A stretch of DNA of 64,000 bases. It comes from a virus. The notes below the pieces were generated by a model, which saw only the letters and a list, made by a program, of their open reading frames with translations, made no database searches and had not been told where the DNA came from. The stretch lies in IMG/VR virus record IMGVR_UViG_3300017917_003379, one strand, 5' to 3'. Each line of letters starts with the position of its first letter. The first letter of the stretch is position 1. This document shows positions 37,416 through 47,465 of this stretch, piece by piece. The position numbers were made by a program, and so were the translations under genes.

Positions 37416-38051
37416 ATGAATAAATTAGATATCTATGAAGTTGAAGATTGTGGTTGTTTTGGCCCCAAATTAACTTTAAATGAAGGACAAGATAATATTA
37501 TGTTATCTGAAGGATTAAAATACCATATTCAAGAAGGTAGGATGCTTATACATAATATTTATCGCCCATTATCTAAATCCTATTTTGCTTTAGTACGTGA
37601 AGCACGTGATTTATATAATAAAGGATTATTATCTGTAACTGAGGATGATATGGAACTTTTAGAAAGCAATTTAGGTGAATTCGGTATATATAATGGTATT
37701 AAAGTTCCACTTGATTATGTATTTGATATTGATGAAGTTACCAACTATATTAATGAAGCTACTAAAGATAAAAAGAAAACACCCCCATTAGGCAAACCTA
37801 AACGTGGTGGATCTAAAAAATTCTATGTTTATGTTCGTAAACCAGGTGGAGGAATTAAAAAGGTATCATTTGGAATGGCAGGTGGGGGATTGCGTGCTAA
37901 ATTAAATAACCCAAAAGCACGTCAAGCCTTTGCAAAACGTCATAAATGTTCACAAGCAAAAGATAGAACAACTGCTCGTTATTGGAGTTGTAGACTTCCT
38001 CGTTATGCTAAACTATTAGGCTTCAAAACCAGCTTTAGTGGTTATTGGTAA
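37416..38051 (+). CDS. Conserved phage protein with basic C-terminal domain (DUF6321-like)
   Basis: KKFYVYVR...KKVSFG...AFAKRHKC...ARYWSCR; internal LNE/LSE/INE sites. Confidence 0.55.
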   Translation: MNKLDIYEVEDCGCFGPKLTLNEGQDNIMLSEGLKYHIQEGRMLIHNIYRPLSKSYFALVREARDLYNKGLLSVTEDDMELLESNLGEFGIYNGIKVPLDYVFDIDEVTNYINEATKDKKKTPPLGKPKRGGSKKFYVYVRKPGGGIKKVSFGMAGGGLRAKLNNPKARQAFAKRHKCSQAKDRTTARYWSCRLPRYAKLLGFKTSFSGYW

Positions 38052-38065
38052 TAAATCGAAAAATC

Positions 38066-38695
38066 ATGAAATACTACAACTTTTTCAAATTTCTAGAAGA
38101 TAAAGGAGAAAAGAAAATCCCTATCAAAGTAAAATTAATACAAAATCCAAACTACCAAATCACACAAGCTGACGCGACACCCGATTTGAATTTATACGAT
38201 ACTCCAATCACATCTCTTGGAAATTTAACTTCAGTTGGTGGCAGTTTGAATTTATACGATACTCCAATCACATCTCTTGGAAATTTAACTTCAGTTGATG
38301 GGAATTTGAATTTACAATATAGTAATGTCAAATCTCTTGGAAATTTAACTTCAGTTGGTGGAGATTTGAATTTATATGGTACTCAAATCGAATCTCTTGG
38401 AAATTTAACTTCGGTTGGTGGGAATTTGTATTTGATAGGAACTAATGTTGAATCTCTAGGAAATTTAACTTCGGTTGGTGGGAATTTGAATTTGGAAAAT
38501 ACTAATATAGAATCTCTTGGAAATTTAACTTCGGTTGGCGGGGATTTGTATTTAAATAATAGTCCAATAAAATCTTTTGGAAATTTAACTTCGGTCGGTG
38601 GATATTTGAGTTTATACAATACTCCCCTATCAAAAAAATACACTGAAGAGCAAATTCGATCAATGGTTGATGTTAAAGGTGAAATATATTTATAA
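38066..38695 (+). CDS. 20-aa LRR-like repeat protein
   Basis: About 7 units of LxLxxTxIxSLGNLTSVGGx; 60-bp tandem DNA repeat. Confidence 0.8.
   Translation: MKYYNFFKFLEDKGEKKIPIKVKLIQNPNYQITQADATPDLNLYDTPITSLGNLTSVGGSLNLYDTPITSLGNLTSVDGNLNLQYSNVKSLGNLTSVGGDLNLYGTQIESLGNLTSVGGNLYLIGTNVESLGNLTSVGGNLNLENTNIESLGNLTSVGGDLYLNNSPIKSFGNLTSVGGYLSLYNTPLSKKYTEEQIRSMVDVKGEIYL
38183..38622 (+). repeat. 60-bp coding tandem repeat
   Basis: atctcttggaaatttaacttc(a/g)gttggtgg core at 60-nt period. Confidence 0.9.
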
Positions 38696-38699
38696 AATC

Positions 38700-39173
38700 A
38701 TGATTAAACTTTTAGATATATTAAAAGAAATTATTGCATTTTCTAATTGGAAAATGCCTTCTTTATCTCAACTTAAACAAGAATATAAAATAGAGCATGA
38801 GATGAAAGGTAATGATTTTTGGGAAAGTGAAGAAGATTTTTTAAATGCTGTTAAGAATGGTAAAATAGTTACCATTACTCCTTCTGAAGATCAAAACATA
38901 TATTATAGAAGTGGAACAGAATCTTATGAAGAACTTTTAAATTTAATTAAATCATATAGATCTTACCCTAAATATAGAAATGAAACTACATTACAATCTT
39001 TATATGATGGATTTAAAAACAATTCACCTATGGATTTACCCATAGTTATAAAATTCCCAGATAATACTAAACGAGTATTTTCAGGTAACACAAGAATGGA
39101 TGTGGCTTTTCAATTAGGTATTAATCCAAAAGTATTATTAGTTAAAAGCGAATCTTATGACCCATCCATATAA
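38700..39173 (+). CDS. Tagged (family A) ParB/Srx-like protein
   Basis: MIKLLDILKE leader; LPIVIK....RVFSGNTRM. Confidence 0.65.
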   Translation: MIKLLDILKEIIAFSNWKMPSLSQLKQEYKIEHEMKGNDFWESEEDFLNAVKNGKIVTITPSEDQNIYYRSGTESYEELLNLIKSYRSYPKYRNETTLQSLYDGFKNNSPMDLPIVIKFPDNTKRVFSGNTRMDVAFQLGINPKVLLVKSESYDPSI

Positions 39174-39420
39174 AGACATAGAAACTACATCTGAATATAT
39201 TATACGTGAATTTGATGAAAATATAGATCCTATAGAATTATTATGGCATCGTGATGATGAAAATCGCACAATAGAAATCATAGGAAAAACAGATTGGCAA
39301 CTGCAGCTTGAAGATCAGTTGCCAACTTCATTGAATCGTCCTATATTTATACCACGTCATATGTGGCATCGTGCTATAAAGGGTACTGGCAAATTGTACT
39401 TAAAAATATATAAATCATGA
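39157..39420 (+). CDS. Cupin-fold small protein
   Basis: WHRDDENR...IFIPRHMWHRAIKG. Confidence 0.65.
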   Translation: MTHPYKDIETTSEYIIREFDENIDPIELLWHRDDENRTIEIIGKTDWQLQLEDQLPTSLNRPIFIPRHMWHRAIKGTGKLYLKIYKS

Positions 39421-39815
39421 TAAAACTAACAAATATATTATTTGAAATGTTAGACGAGAAAAAAGCAGATCGTTGTAAACGTATTGCTGATCGTCGCTAT
39501 TCAAAACCATCTGCTTATAAATCAGGTGCTATTGTGCGTTGCCGTCAAGGTAAAATATGGAAAAATATTAAAGAAAACGAATTAAATGAATTGGGCCCTA
39601 ATGATATTCATTATCAAAACATACTAAACTATTACGATAAATCTAATGATAATGTTAAAAAGAAAATATTAGAAAAATTTAATATTAAAATTATAAAAAA
39701 TAAAAGCATATCAGAATATGCTGAAGAATATAAAAAGAAATTAGAAAAAGAATTGTCTGAAATAGGACGAGATGTTTTAGAAATAGAACAAGAATTAGGT
39801 ATATCATTAAATTAA
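39417..39815 (+). CDS. Tagged (family A) protein with PSAYKSG motif
   Basis: MIKLTNILFE leader. Confidence 0.65.
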   Translation: MIKLTNILFEMLDEKKADRCKRIADRRYSKPSAYKSGAIVRCRQGKIWKNIKENELNELGPNDIHYQNILNYYDKSNDNVKKKILEKFNIKIIKNKSISEYAEEYKKKLEKELSEIGRDVLEIEQELGISLN

Positions 39816-39829
39816 AAATAAAAATACAA

Positions 39830-40075
39830 ATGAAAAAATCCGAATTAAAAAGAATCATCAAAGAAACCATATCAGACCTTACTCAAAATAATCTAAATGA
39901 ACAAAATGAAGGTGTTAGACAATATCTAAGACAACTTCAAGATTTTGAAGAAACATATGTTGATACTTTAGATGATTTAGAAAATTTAGCTACTGCTGTT
40001 GAATCTTTCCATAGAAGTTTAATTAATAGAATTAAACAAGAAAAAGGAAACGTATACGGAGACTGGGAAGCATAA
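39830..40075 (+). CDS. Tagged (family B) small protein
   Basis: MKKSELKRIIKE leader, then NLNE. Confidence 0.65.
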   Translation: MKKSELKRIIKETISDLTQNNLNEQNEGVRQYLRQLQDFEETYVDTLDDLENLATAVESFHRSLINRIKQEKGNVYGDWEA

Positions 40076-40368
40076 TGATCAAGTTAACAGACATATTACT
40101 TGAAATAATAAACGAAACAAGATACGAATCAAGTACTCTGAATGAAAAAAAAGAAACTCTTCGTACTTGGTTTAAACGTAAAGGTGCTCCTGGAAAAGTA
40201 GGTGGATGGGTAGATTGCAACACCTGCCGTAAGGTAGATGGTAAAACTAAATGTAAACCATGTGGTAGACAAAAAGGTGAAAAACGTTCTAAGTATCCTT
40301 CTTGCCGTCCCACTCCATCTCAATGTAAACAACCCGGTAAAGGTAAAAAATGGGGTAAAACAAAATAG
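40075..40368 (+). CDS. Tagged (family A) basic Cys-rich protein
   Basis: MIKLTDILLE leader; LRTWFK..GWVDC..PCGR..KYPSCRP. Confidence 0.65.
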   Translation: MIKLTDILLEIINETRYESSTLNEKKETLRTWFKRKGAPGKVGGWVDCNTCRKVDGKTKCKPCGRQKGEKRSKYPSCRPTPSQCKQPGKGKKWGKTK

Positions 40369-40410
40369 AAATTAAAATTTTACAATATTTATATATATAA
40401 ATTAAACAAA

Positions 40411-40995
40411 ATGAATAATTCTGCATTACGCTTATTTATAAGAAGTATTATAACTGAAGCTAAAGAAAAAAAGGTTGAAAAAGAACCTAAAAAAACTATA
40501 AAAAAAGAAGAAAAAGCTCCAAAAAGTAGTGGTAAATTAGTAGACCTTAAAAAAGAATTAGCTGCTTTAAAACAATATAAAGATGAGCTTCAAGTAGCTA
40601 AATTTGCAGAAAAAACTGCATCTACTGAGGTTGAATTTGCTGATTTAGCTAAATTTGCTAAAGAATTAGATGCGTTAAAAGCAAAAGGTGTTGCTTTAGA
40701 AAAACAAATTGATGAGAAAATTAAAGAACTTGAAACTCGCATTTCTGATGAAAAAAATAAAATCAAAGAAATGATGGGTCTTACCGCTCCTGAGAAAAAA
40801 GGAGCTAAAAAAATGATGGATGAAAAAAAAGACGAATTAGAAGAAGCTCGTTTTAAAAAAGGTACTGATGTAGGTAAACCTGGTAAAGGATTTGCTAAAA
40901 TAGCTAAATCAGCCGCTAAAAAATATGGTTCAAAAGAAGCTGGTCAAAAAGTAGCAGGTGCTGTATTAAAGAAAGTAGTAGCTAAAAACAAATAA
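40411..40995 (+). CDS. Lys/Glu-rich coiled-coil protein, possible prohead core/DNA-condensing protein
   Basis: MNNSALRLFIRSIITE leader; basic tail after ELEE. Confidence 0.55.
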   Translation: MNNSALRLFIRSIITEAKEKKVEKEPKKTIKKEEKAPKSSGKLVDLKKELAALKQYKDELQVAKFAEKTASTEVEFADLAKFAKELDALKAKGVALEKQIDEKIKELETRISDEKNKIKEMMGLTAPEKKGAKKMMDEKKDELEEARFKKGTDVGKPGKGFAKIAKSAAKKYGSKEAGQKVAGAVLKKVVAKNK

Positions 40996-40996
40996 T

Positions 40997-41374
40997 ATGG
41001 AAAACAATGCTTTAATGGGCCAATTTGTATCTACATTACTTGCTGCTCGTACACAAGCCCATATATTTCATCTTCAAACACCCTCGTTTGCTGCTCATAA
41101 AGCATTAAATGAATTTTATGATGCTATTGTGGATTTAACAGATAGTATTGTTGAATCTTACCAAGGTAAATATGGTATTATTACTGGATACGGCAATGTT
41201 TCTTTACAAGAATACCAAAGTTGTGAAGGTATTATTATGTACTTTAACACTTTATGTATGTTTGTAGAAAAAAGTAGACAAATGTTAGCTCAAGACTCAT
41301 ATATTCAAAATCAAATTGATGAAGTTGTTGCATTGATCAACTCTACAATTTATAAACTACGCTTTTTAAAATGA
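40997..41374 (+). CDS. Ferritin/Dps-like protein (DUF5856-like)
   Basis: AHIFHLQT..FAAHKALNEFYD...ESYQGKYG. Confidence 0.75.
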   Translation: MENNALMGQFVSTLLAARTQAHIFHLQTPSFAAHKALNEFYDAIVDLTDSIVESYQGKYGIITGYGNVSLQEYQSCEGIIMYFNTLCMFVEKSRQMLAQDSYIQNQIDEVVALINSTIYKLRFLK

Positions 41375-41709
41375 TAAAATTACTTGATATTCTAGAAAAC
41401 CTAGATCCAGTAGGTAAAGAAGATGCTGATATTAATAACGATGGTAAAGTAAATAAAACAGATAAATATTTAGCTAATCGTCGTAAAGCAATAGCTGCTA
41501 ATCTTAAAGAAGGAGATCATGAAGTAGCAATGGCCGTTTCTAGCCTAGAATCAATTGCCAAAGCAATTGTTGAATTAAGACAAAAACTTGGAAATGTTGA
41601 ACGTAACATTCCAGGTTGGATTCAAGATCATATAGCAAAAGCAGAAAACTATATTGAGCAAGCTGCTCAAGGTTTTCATGAATTAAAACATATAGATGAA
41701 AATAAATAA
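41371..41709 (+). CDS. Tagged (family A) protein with EF-hand/dockerin-like loop
   Basis: MIKLLDILE leader; DADINNDGKVNKTD. Confidence 0.65.
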   Translation: MIKLLDILENLDPVGKEDADINNDGKVNKTDKYLANRRKAIAANLKEGDHEVAMAVSSLESIAKAIVELRQKLGNVERNIPGWIQDHIAKAENYIEQAAQGFHELKHIDENK

Positions 41710-41787
41710 ATTACTGTAATTAAAAATAGTAATTTTAATTTTAAAAATCCTTATAGATCATAAAAATAAGGAAAACTAAAGAAACCA

Positions 41788-42360
41788 ATGAGTAAAACAT
41801 TATTATTAGAAAAATATATTAAAGTTGCTGTTCGTAAAGCATTAAAAGAGCAAGAAGAACAACAACGTAAAGCAGAAAAAGCAATATATCTTGTATATCG
41901 TTTTCCTGGTTTGAAAAAAATAATGGAAGACTTAATGTCTCCTGCTTTTGGTCGTTATATTAATGATGTTGATATTGTTGCTCCTAAACCAACAACATTT
42001 AAAATTACCTTAATCAACAATCAAGATTTTACTGTTAAATACCTTGGTAAAGGTAAATTTAACATTAAAGTATCAGGCAAACAATACCATTCAGATAATT
42101 TAGGAGAAGCAGAACGTTGTTCTCAAGCTATAGCTGATTTATTAGAATTAAACTATTCAACAGCAGAAGGTAAAGAACAAACTAGCCCTACTCCAGGAGC
42201 AACTGAACCTGGTTCTACTTCTCCAACATCTTCAACAGAATTGGGTGCTGCTGAATTAGGTCCTGAATTAGCAGCAGCTGAAGAAACACCACCTCCTACA
42301 ACAGCAAGTACTCCTGAAGAAACACCCGCACCAGAAGAAGAAACACCAGCTGAAGCTTAA
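41788..42360 (+). CDS. Hypothetical protein with acidic Pro/Thr/Glu tail
   Basis: ORF track; leader YIKVAVRKALKE. Confidence 0.65.
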   Translation: MSKTLLLEKYIKVAVRKALKEQEEQQRKAEKAIYLVYRFPGLKKIMEDLMSPAFGRYINDVDIVAPKPTTFKITLINNQDFTVKYLGKGKFNIKVSGKQYHSDNLGEAERCSQAIADLLELNYSTAEGKEQTSPTPGATEPGSTSPTSSTELGAAELGPELAAAEETPPPTTASTPEETPAPEEETPAEA

Positions 42361-42380
42361 AAATATTAAATATATAAAAT

Positions 42381-42581
42381 ATGTTAATTAACGAATTAAA
42401 AGCAATGCACCTCAGAGTAGGAGATGTTTTTACTATGAATGCTTCTTTAGGTAATTTTAAACAAGGAGAAGAAGTTACTGTTAAAAGTATTAAACCTTCT
42501 GGTGAGGACATAGTTGTTACTTTGTCTAACTCTAAAGGAGTAAAAGATGTTTTTTATTTTGATAAAAACGATGAAGTTTAA
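42381..42581 (+). CDS. Small beta-barrel-like protein
   Basis: ORF track. Confidence 0.55.
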   Translation: MLINELKAMHLRVGDVFTMNASLGNFKQGEEVTVKSIKPSGEDIVVTLSNSKGVKDVFYFDKNDEV

Positions 42582-42637
42582 AATTTGGTCTTTTAAATCT
42601 TCTTTTATATTTTTATGACCAATAAACTTTTACCGTT

Positions 42638-43390
42638 ATGGATAAGAAAATAAAAAGGCTATTTTTTGATATCGAAACAAGTCCTAATATAGGATTATTT
42701 TGGACTGCTGGGTATAAGCAAACAATAAGCCACGAAAATATAATCAAAGAAAGAGCTATAATATGTATTTGTTATAAATGGGCTGGTGAAGATAAAGTAT
42801 ATTCCTTAACGTGGGATGAAAATCAAAATGATAAAAAATTACTAGAACAATTTGTAGAAATAGTTAATGAAGCTAATGAAATTGTAGGCCATAATGGTGA
42901 TCGTTTTGATCTACCTTGGATCAGAACAAGATGTTTATATCACAGAATACCTATATTTCCTAATTATACTACATTAGATACTCTTAAAAATTCTCGTTCT
43001 AGATTTAAATTTAATAGTAATAAATTAGATTATATTGCTAATTTTTTAGGATTAGGAAAAAAAATTCATACTGGATATGATTTATGGAAAAAAATAGTTT
43101 TAGATAAAGACAAGCAGTCTCTAGAACAAATGGTAGAATATTGTAAAAATGATGTTATTTTACTTGAAAAAGTATATAATGAACTTTCACCATATATTCC
43201 TGCCAAAACCCACCACGGTATTATATTAGGAGGAGAAAAACATTCCTGTCCTGAATGTGGATCAATAGATATGAGATTCTCACAAAAACGTTATACTGCT
43301 TTGGGCACTCCTCGAATTCAACTTCAATGTAATTCTTGTCACAAATATCATACTATTTCTCAAAAAACGTATGAGTCTGTTAAAGAATAA
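42638..43390 (+). CDS. RNase H-fold 3'-5' exonuclease (DEDDy) with C-terminal Zn ribbon
   Basis: FFDIETS, GHNGDRFD, YCKNDV; CPEC...CNSC. Confidence 0.85.
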   Translation: MDKKIKRLFFDIETSPNIGLFWTAGYKQTISHENIIKERAIICICYKWAGEDKVYSLTWDENQNDKKLLEQFVEIVNEANEIVGHNGDRFDLPWIRTRCLYHRIPIFPNYTTLDTLKNSRSRFKFNSNKLDYIANFLGLGKKIHTGYDLWKKIVLDKDKQSLEQMVEYCKNDVILLEKVYNELSPYIPAKTHHGIILGGEKHSCPECGSIDMRFSQKRYTALGTPRIQLQCNSCHKYHTISQKTYESVKE

Positions 43391-43426
43391 TATTTATTGG
43401 CACAATATTTTAATTATATTTGCCAA

Positions 43427-43813
43427 ATGGAATTTATTACTGAAGTAAAACGTTTACAAAAACTAGCAGGAATATTAACTGAACAAGAAAAACAACCAGA
43501 AGAAGAAATTTCTTCTGCTGATACTCCTGAAACTCCATCTGGTTCTATTACTAAGGCTGAAGCAAAACAGCTTATAAAAGGAACAAAAGGTAAATTCTTT
43601 ACTGTTACTTTCATTAAAAAAGACGGCACTACTCGTGTTATGAATGCCCGTTTAGGTGTAAAAGCATACCTTAAAGGAGGAGAACTTCCTTATGATCCTG
43701 AAGCAAAAGGATTAATACCTGTATTTGATATTCCTAAACGTGAATACAGAATGGTGAATTTAAATACTATTATTAAGTTAAAGATTGGTAATAACGAATA
43801 CGATGTAAAATGA
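43427..43813 (+). CDS. Tagged (family C) SH3/WYL-like protein
   Basis: MEFITEVKRLQKLAGILTE leader; FFTVTFIKKDGTTRVMNARLG. Confidence 0.6.
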   Translation: MEFITEVKRLQKLAGILTEQEKQPEEEISSADTPETPSGSITKAEAKQLIKGTKGKFFTVTFIKKDGTTRVMNARLGVKAYLKGGELPYDPEAKGLIPVFDIPKREYRMVNLNTIIKLKIGNNEYDVK

Positions 43814-43864
43814 TTAAACTAATCCACATAAATACGATGTAAAATGATTAAACTAACCCACATA
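43797..43864 (+). repeat. 34-bp tandem duplication spanning a tag start
   Basis: aatacgatgtaaaatgattaaactaa(t/c)ccacata x2. Confidence 0.9.
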
Positions 43865-45883
43865 TTAGAAAATATACTATTTGAATATAGTCAAGCTCAA
43901 ATTGACAAAACTATTAAAAGATGGGAAAATGAACCTAACTTTGATAAAAATGTCGCTTTAAATTTAATAAAAACATTTGATAATAAAAAAAGTGGATTAT
44001 CAAGTAAATTAGATTTAGTAGTATTACCTGATAAACTAAAACAAGGGAATAATTATCTTAATATAGATCTATATTCATATGAAGATATGAAACGATTAAT
44101 AAATTCTATCCCTGAAAATCCTGAAACTGTTAAAAAAACAGCTATTAATAGATTTGTAGAGTTATTTGGAATAAATAAACAAACTGCTCAATCATATGTT
44201 GCTCGTTTTTTATATAATAAAGATAAATTAAAATTAGCAGCAAAAGAAGGACTAGAAGATATAGGAGTAACTAAAGAAGAAGTATTAAATTTAATCCCTA
44301 AAAAACTTCAACGAAATGAAGCATTTTTAGATCCACGTAACTGGAATTGGATTTCATTTGAACAAATAACAGATGCTCTATTCCCTAGTCAAAAAACTTC
44401 AGAAGATAATATTAACTTAGCTACTGCAGAAGGTGATAAAGTGTATGATAAAGATGGAATAGAAATATATAAAGGAGATGATATTCAAAAATGTATATCT
44501 TATAATCCTGTTATAGAAAAAACAAAAAAGAAAAAATACGGGTGGTGTGTAACTCAAGTAGGAAATACTAATTATGATTTTTATAGATTTAAAAATCAAG
44601 CCCCTACTTTTTATTTTGTATTTGATAGAAACAAACCTTCTAGCCCCGAACATGCTCTTTTTGATGATGAATGGCATGCTTTTGTAATACAAGTAACTGC
44701 TGATAAGAAAACATATATAGTAACAGGAGCTAATAATAGAAGAGATATTGATACTGGAGATAAAGGATGGGAAGGTATAGCAAACATAGTACCTCCTGAT
44801 ACATGGAATAAAATTAAAAATTTAAAAGATTATTTTGTACCTGTACCCTTATCTGCTGTAGAAAGAGCAAGAAAATATGCTTCTGGGATGGATTTATCTT
44901 TAGATGAATTTAAAGAACTTTCTCAAGATGAAAAGATATTATATATACAAGGAAAAGCTTCTAAAAATCAAATATCTACTGATATTTTAAAAATCTTACC
45001 AAAATATAAAATATCATATCAGGGTAAAACTACAACATTAGCTAATATTGCTATAGATAGTGGACAAGAAATTCCTTATTCTGTATTGAAAGATAACGAA
45101 GCTTTAGCTAAAAGATATGCTATATTTAGATTTAGACATACTAATTATGGTAATTTACCTATTCCCCTTCCTTTTGTAAAATATTTAGACGAACCTGCTA
45201 AAGAAAAATATTTAAAAACATTCGATAATAATCTTACATTTGAATATATAGAGAAATATTTTGGAGAAAAATCAGCTCAAAAATATGTAAATGAACAAAT
45301 CAAAACTCTTAACTATCTCCCCCCAGGTGCTATAAAATATATTACAGATCCTAAAATAAAAGATTTATATTTATCTTATAGTAAATTATTCAAAAATTGG
45401 CAAAATTCGGCTAATACTAATATTGATGAAGAAAGATTAGAAAATTCAAAACAAATGCCTATACAGGAAATCGATCCTGTTCCTATAATGTATGATGATT
45501 GGAAAGAATTTTCTAATAAAGAAAAACAAATTATATATAATTTAGCAAAAACTGCAGATAACAATACGGAAGAATATTTAACAGTTAGTTATGCTGTACC
45601 CTTCTTTTTACAAGATGGTGAACAAAAATACGCTCTACTCCCAGAAGATGATACTTATGAAAATTGGGTAATAACCGATATGAATGGAAATATAATATCC
45701 GAATTTAAATCAATCGAATCTATATCATTAAAAAATAAACCTGTATATGGTGGTTACCCAGATTATAGTAATATAGAAAATGCTAAAAGGATATATAAAT
45801 TGTCTGATTTGCAGATAAATGGTAAACCTGTTTCTTTAAAAGAAATAAAACGTATATTAAAATTAGCAGGAATATTACGTTAA
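43844..45883 (+). CDS. 679-aa doubly tagged protein with central WC-motif domain
   Basis: N-terminal MIKLTHILENILFE; C-terminal LKEIKRILKLAGILR; YGWCVT...FYFVFD. Confidence 0.7.
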   Translation: MIKLTHILENILFEYSQAQIDKTIKRWENEPNFDKNVALNLIKTFDNKKSGLSSKLDLVVLPDKLKQGNNYLNIDLYSYEDMKRLINSIPENPETVKKTAINRFVELFGINKQTAQSYVARFLYNKDKLKLAAKEGLEDIGVTKEEVLNLIPKKLQRNEAFLDPRNWNWISFEQITDALFPSQKTSEDNINLATAEGDKVYDKDGIEIYKGDDIQKCISYNPVIEKTKKKKYGWCVTQVGNTNYDFYRFKNQAPTFYFVFDRNKPSSPEHALFDDEWHAFVIQVTADKKTYIVTGANNRRDIDTGDKGWEGIANIVPPDTWNKIKNLKDYFVPVPLSAVERARKYASGMDLSLDEFKELSQDEKILYIQGKASKNQISTDILKILPKYKISYQGKTTTLANIAIDSGQEIPYSVLKDNEALAKRYAIFRFRHTNYGNLPIPLPFVKYLDEPAKEKYLKTFDNNLTFEYIEKYFGEKSAQKYVNEQIKTLNYLPPGAIKYITDPKIKDLYLSYSKLFKNWQNSANTNIDEERLENSKQMPIQEIDPVPIMYDDWKEFSNKEKQIIYNLAKTADNNTEEYLTVSYAVPFFLQDGEQKYALLPEDDTYENWVITDMNGNIISEFKSIESISLKNKPVYGGYPDYSNIENAKRIYKLSDLQINGKPVSLKEIKRILKLAGILR

Positions 45884-45948
45884 AATATATAAGAATAAAA
45901 AAATACTATTAAATTAATCAATAACAACGAATAAATATAATATAAATA

Positions 45949-46806
45949 ATGATTAAGCTTTTAAATATATTACGTGAAATATTATTACAAGAACTAATTG
46001 ACAAGGAAGGTCATTTTCAGTTTCGTATATCAGAAAGAGGTAATGTGTTAGATATATTAAATTTGAATGATATTCCTCTTAAAGATTATAAATTTACTGA
46101 AGTAAAGGAAAAACTTAAAACTAATATTTCAACTGAATTGAAAGATAGAGCTGAAAGAATATTAGAGAAAGATATACCCTCATCTATTACTTATGGTATA
46201 GGTATTAAAATACTTAAACCTGTATTAGTAGTTGATGGAGAAAAATATCCTCTTAAACTATATGCTATATCAACTAAGGAAAAAAAAGACAAAGATGGAA
46301 ATGTTATTGAAAAAATAAAAAAAGATAACATAGGTACATTATATTTTGCTGTTGTTTCCGATAATGAAGCAAAAACATTAATGTTAGTAAATAAAGAAGA
46401 TGATAATGATTTATATTTTCAAATAAAGAATCATATAAATAGAAAAGGAGGATATAAAGAAGCTAAAATTTTAACCCCACCGAATTATATCTATGAAATA
46501 GATTTAGATGAATTGATGACAGGTATAAGTAAAACAAATCAAAATATAAATTTGATTGATCCTGCTACATTAGAATATACATTAAGAACAGATTATAGAA
46601 AAGATGCCAAATTTGTCCATAAAAAATATGGTACTGGAACAATCATCAATACATCATCAGGAAGTGGTGGAAAAGGAGATAGTAAAGGGAAACTAGATTG
46701 GATAGAAGTAGATTTTGGTAAACCTGTAGTAAAAGGAGGTAAACTAATACCATATCGTAGAATTGAAAACATATTAACATTAGTATCTCCTTTAATTAAA
46801 AAATAA
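45949..46806 (+). CDS. Tagged (family A) hypothetical protein
   Basis: MIKLLNILREILLQE leader; C-terminal HKKYGTGTI...VDF SH3-like segment. Confidence 0.65.
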   Translation: MIKLLNILREILLQELIDKEGHFQFRISERGNVLDILNLNDIPLKDYKFTEVKEKLKTNISTELKDRAERILEKDIPSSITYGIGIKILKPVLVVDGEKYPLKLYAISTKEKKDKDGNVIEKIKKDNIGTLYFAVVSDNEAKTLMLVNKEDDNDLYFQIKNHINRKGGYKEAKILTPPNYIYEIDLDELMTGISKTNQNINLIDPATLEYTLRTDYRKDAKFVHKKYGTGTIINTSSGSGGKGDSKGKLDWIEVDFGKPVVKGGKLIPYRRIENILTLVSPLIKK

Positions 46807-46853
46807 CATAAAAATAAATTATCAAGATAAACTATATATTAAAATATATAAAA

Positions 46854-47363
46854 ATGGAACAACACATTAATGAAATTCGTAGAATGCAACAATTAGCAGG
46901 TATTAATGAAATTAAAGTATCTCAACCGACAAATTCAAAAAATAATAATATTAGTTTATATAATTTTTTAAATAGACATATTGAAGAATTTGCTAAAGAT
47001 CAACTTCAAACAAATGAAAATTTATCAATATTTGTTTTTAATGAATATTATAATTGGGATACTAATCCTGCAAATTTAGAAGATGAAAATTATCCATACG
47101 ATACAGAATTTAAAGATATGCCTCAACCTATTCAACAAGATATGATAAATTATTTAGTAGAAAAAGGATTAGAATATTATGGGGAATGGAAATCAGAAGA
47201 AGATAACGATAAAACTTACGGAATAGAATGGAATTTAGATTACGGTATGGTATATAATTGGACAAATAAAGCCTACCCAGGACCTGCAGAAGATTTGCAT
47301 CATGGTTGGATTGAACAAAAGTTTAAAGGAATAATATTTTATGTTTTATATTTTAATGTATAG
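46854..47363 (+). CDS. Tagged (family C) acidic protein
   Basis: MEQHINEIRRMQQLAGINE leader. Confidence 0.7.
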   Translation: MEQHINEIRRMQQLAGINEIKVSQPTNSKNNNISLYNFLNRHIEEFAKDQLQTNENLSIFVFNEYYNWDTNPANLEDENYPYDTEFKDMPQPIQQDMINYLVEKGLEYYGEWKSEEDNDKTYGIEWNLDYGMVYNWTNKAYPGPAEDLHHGWIEQKFKGIIFYVLYFNV

Positions 47364-47396
47364 TTTTAATGAATAAGATAATATTATTATAAGTAT

Positions 47397-47424
47397 AAGT
47401 GCCTCATAAAGGTACTTTTTTTTT
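47397..47424 (+). terminator. Intrinsic terminator
   Basis: aagtgcct-cataa-aggtactt plus T tract. Confidence 0.6.
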
Positions 47425-47465
47425 GTCAAAATGAAATTTATATTTTTAACTTAAATAAATAAGTT

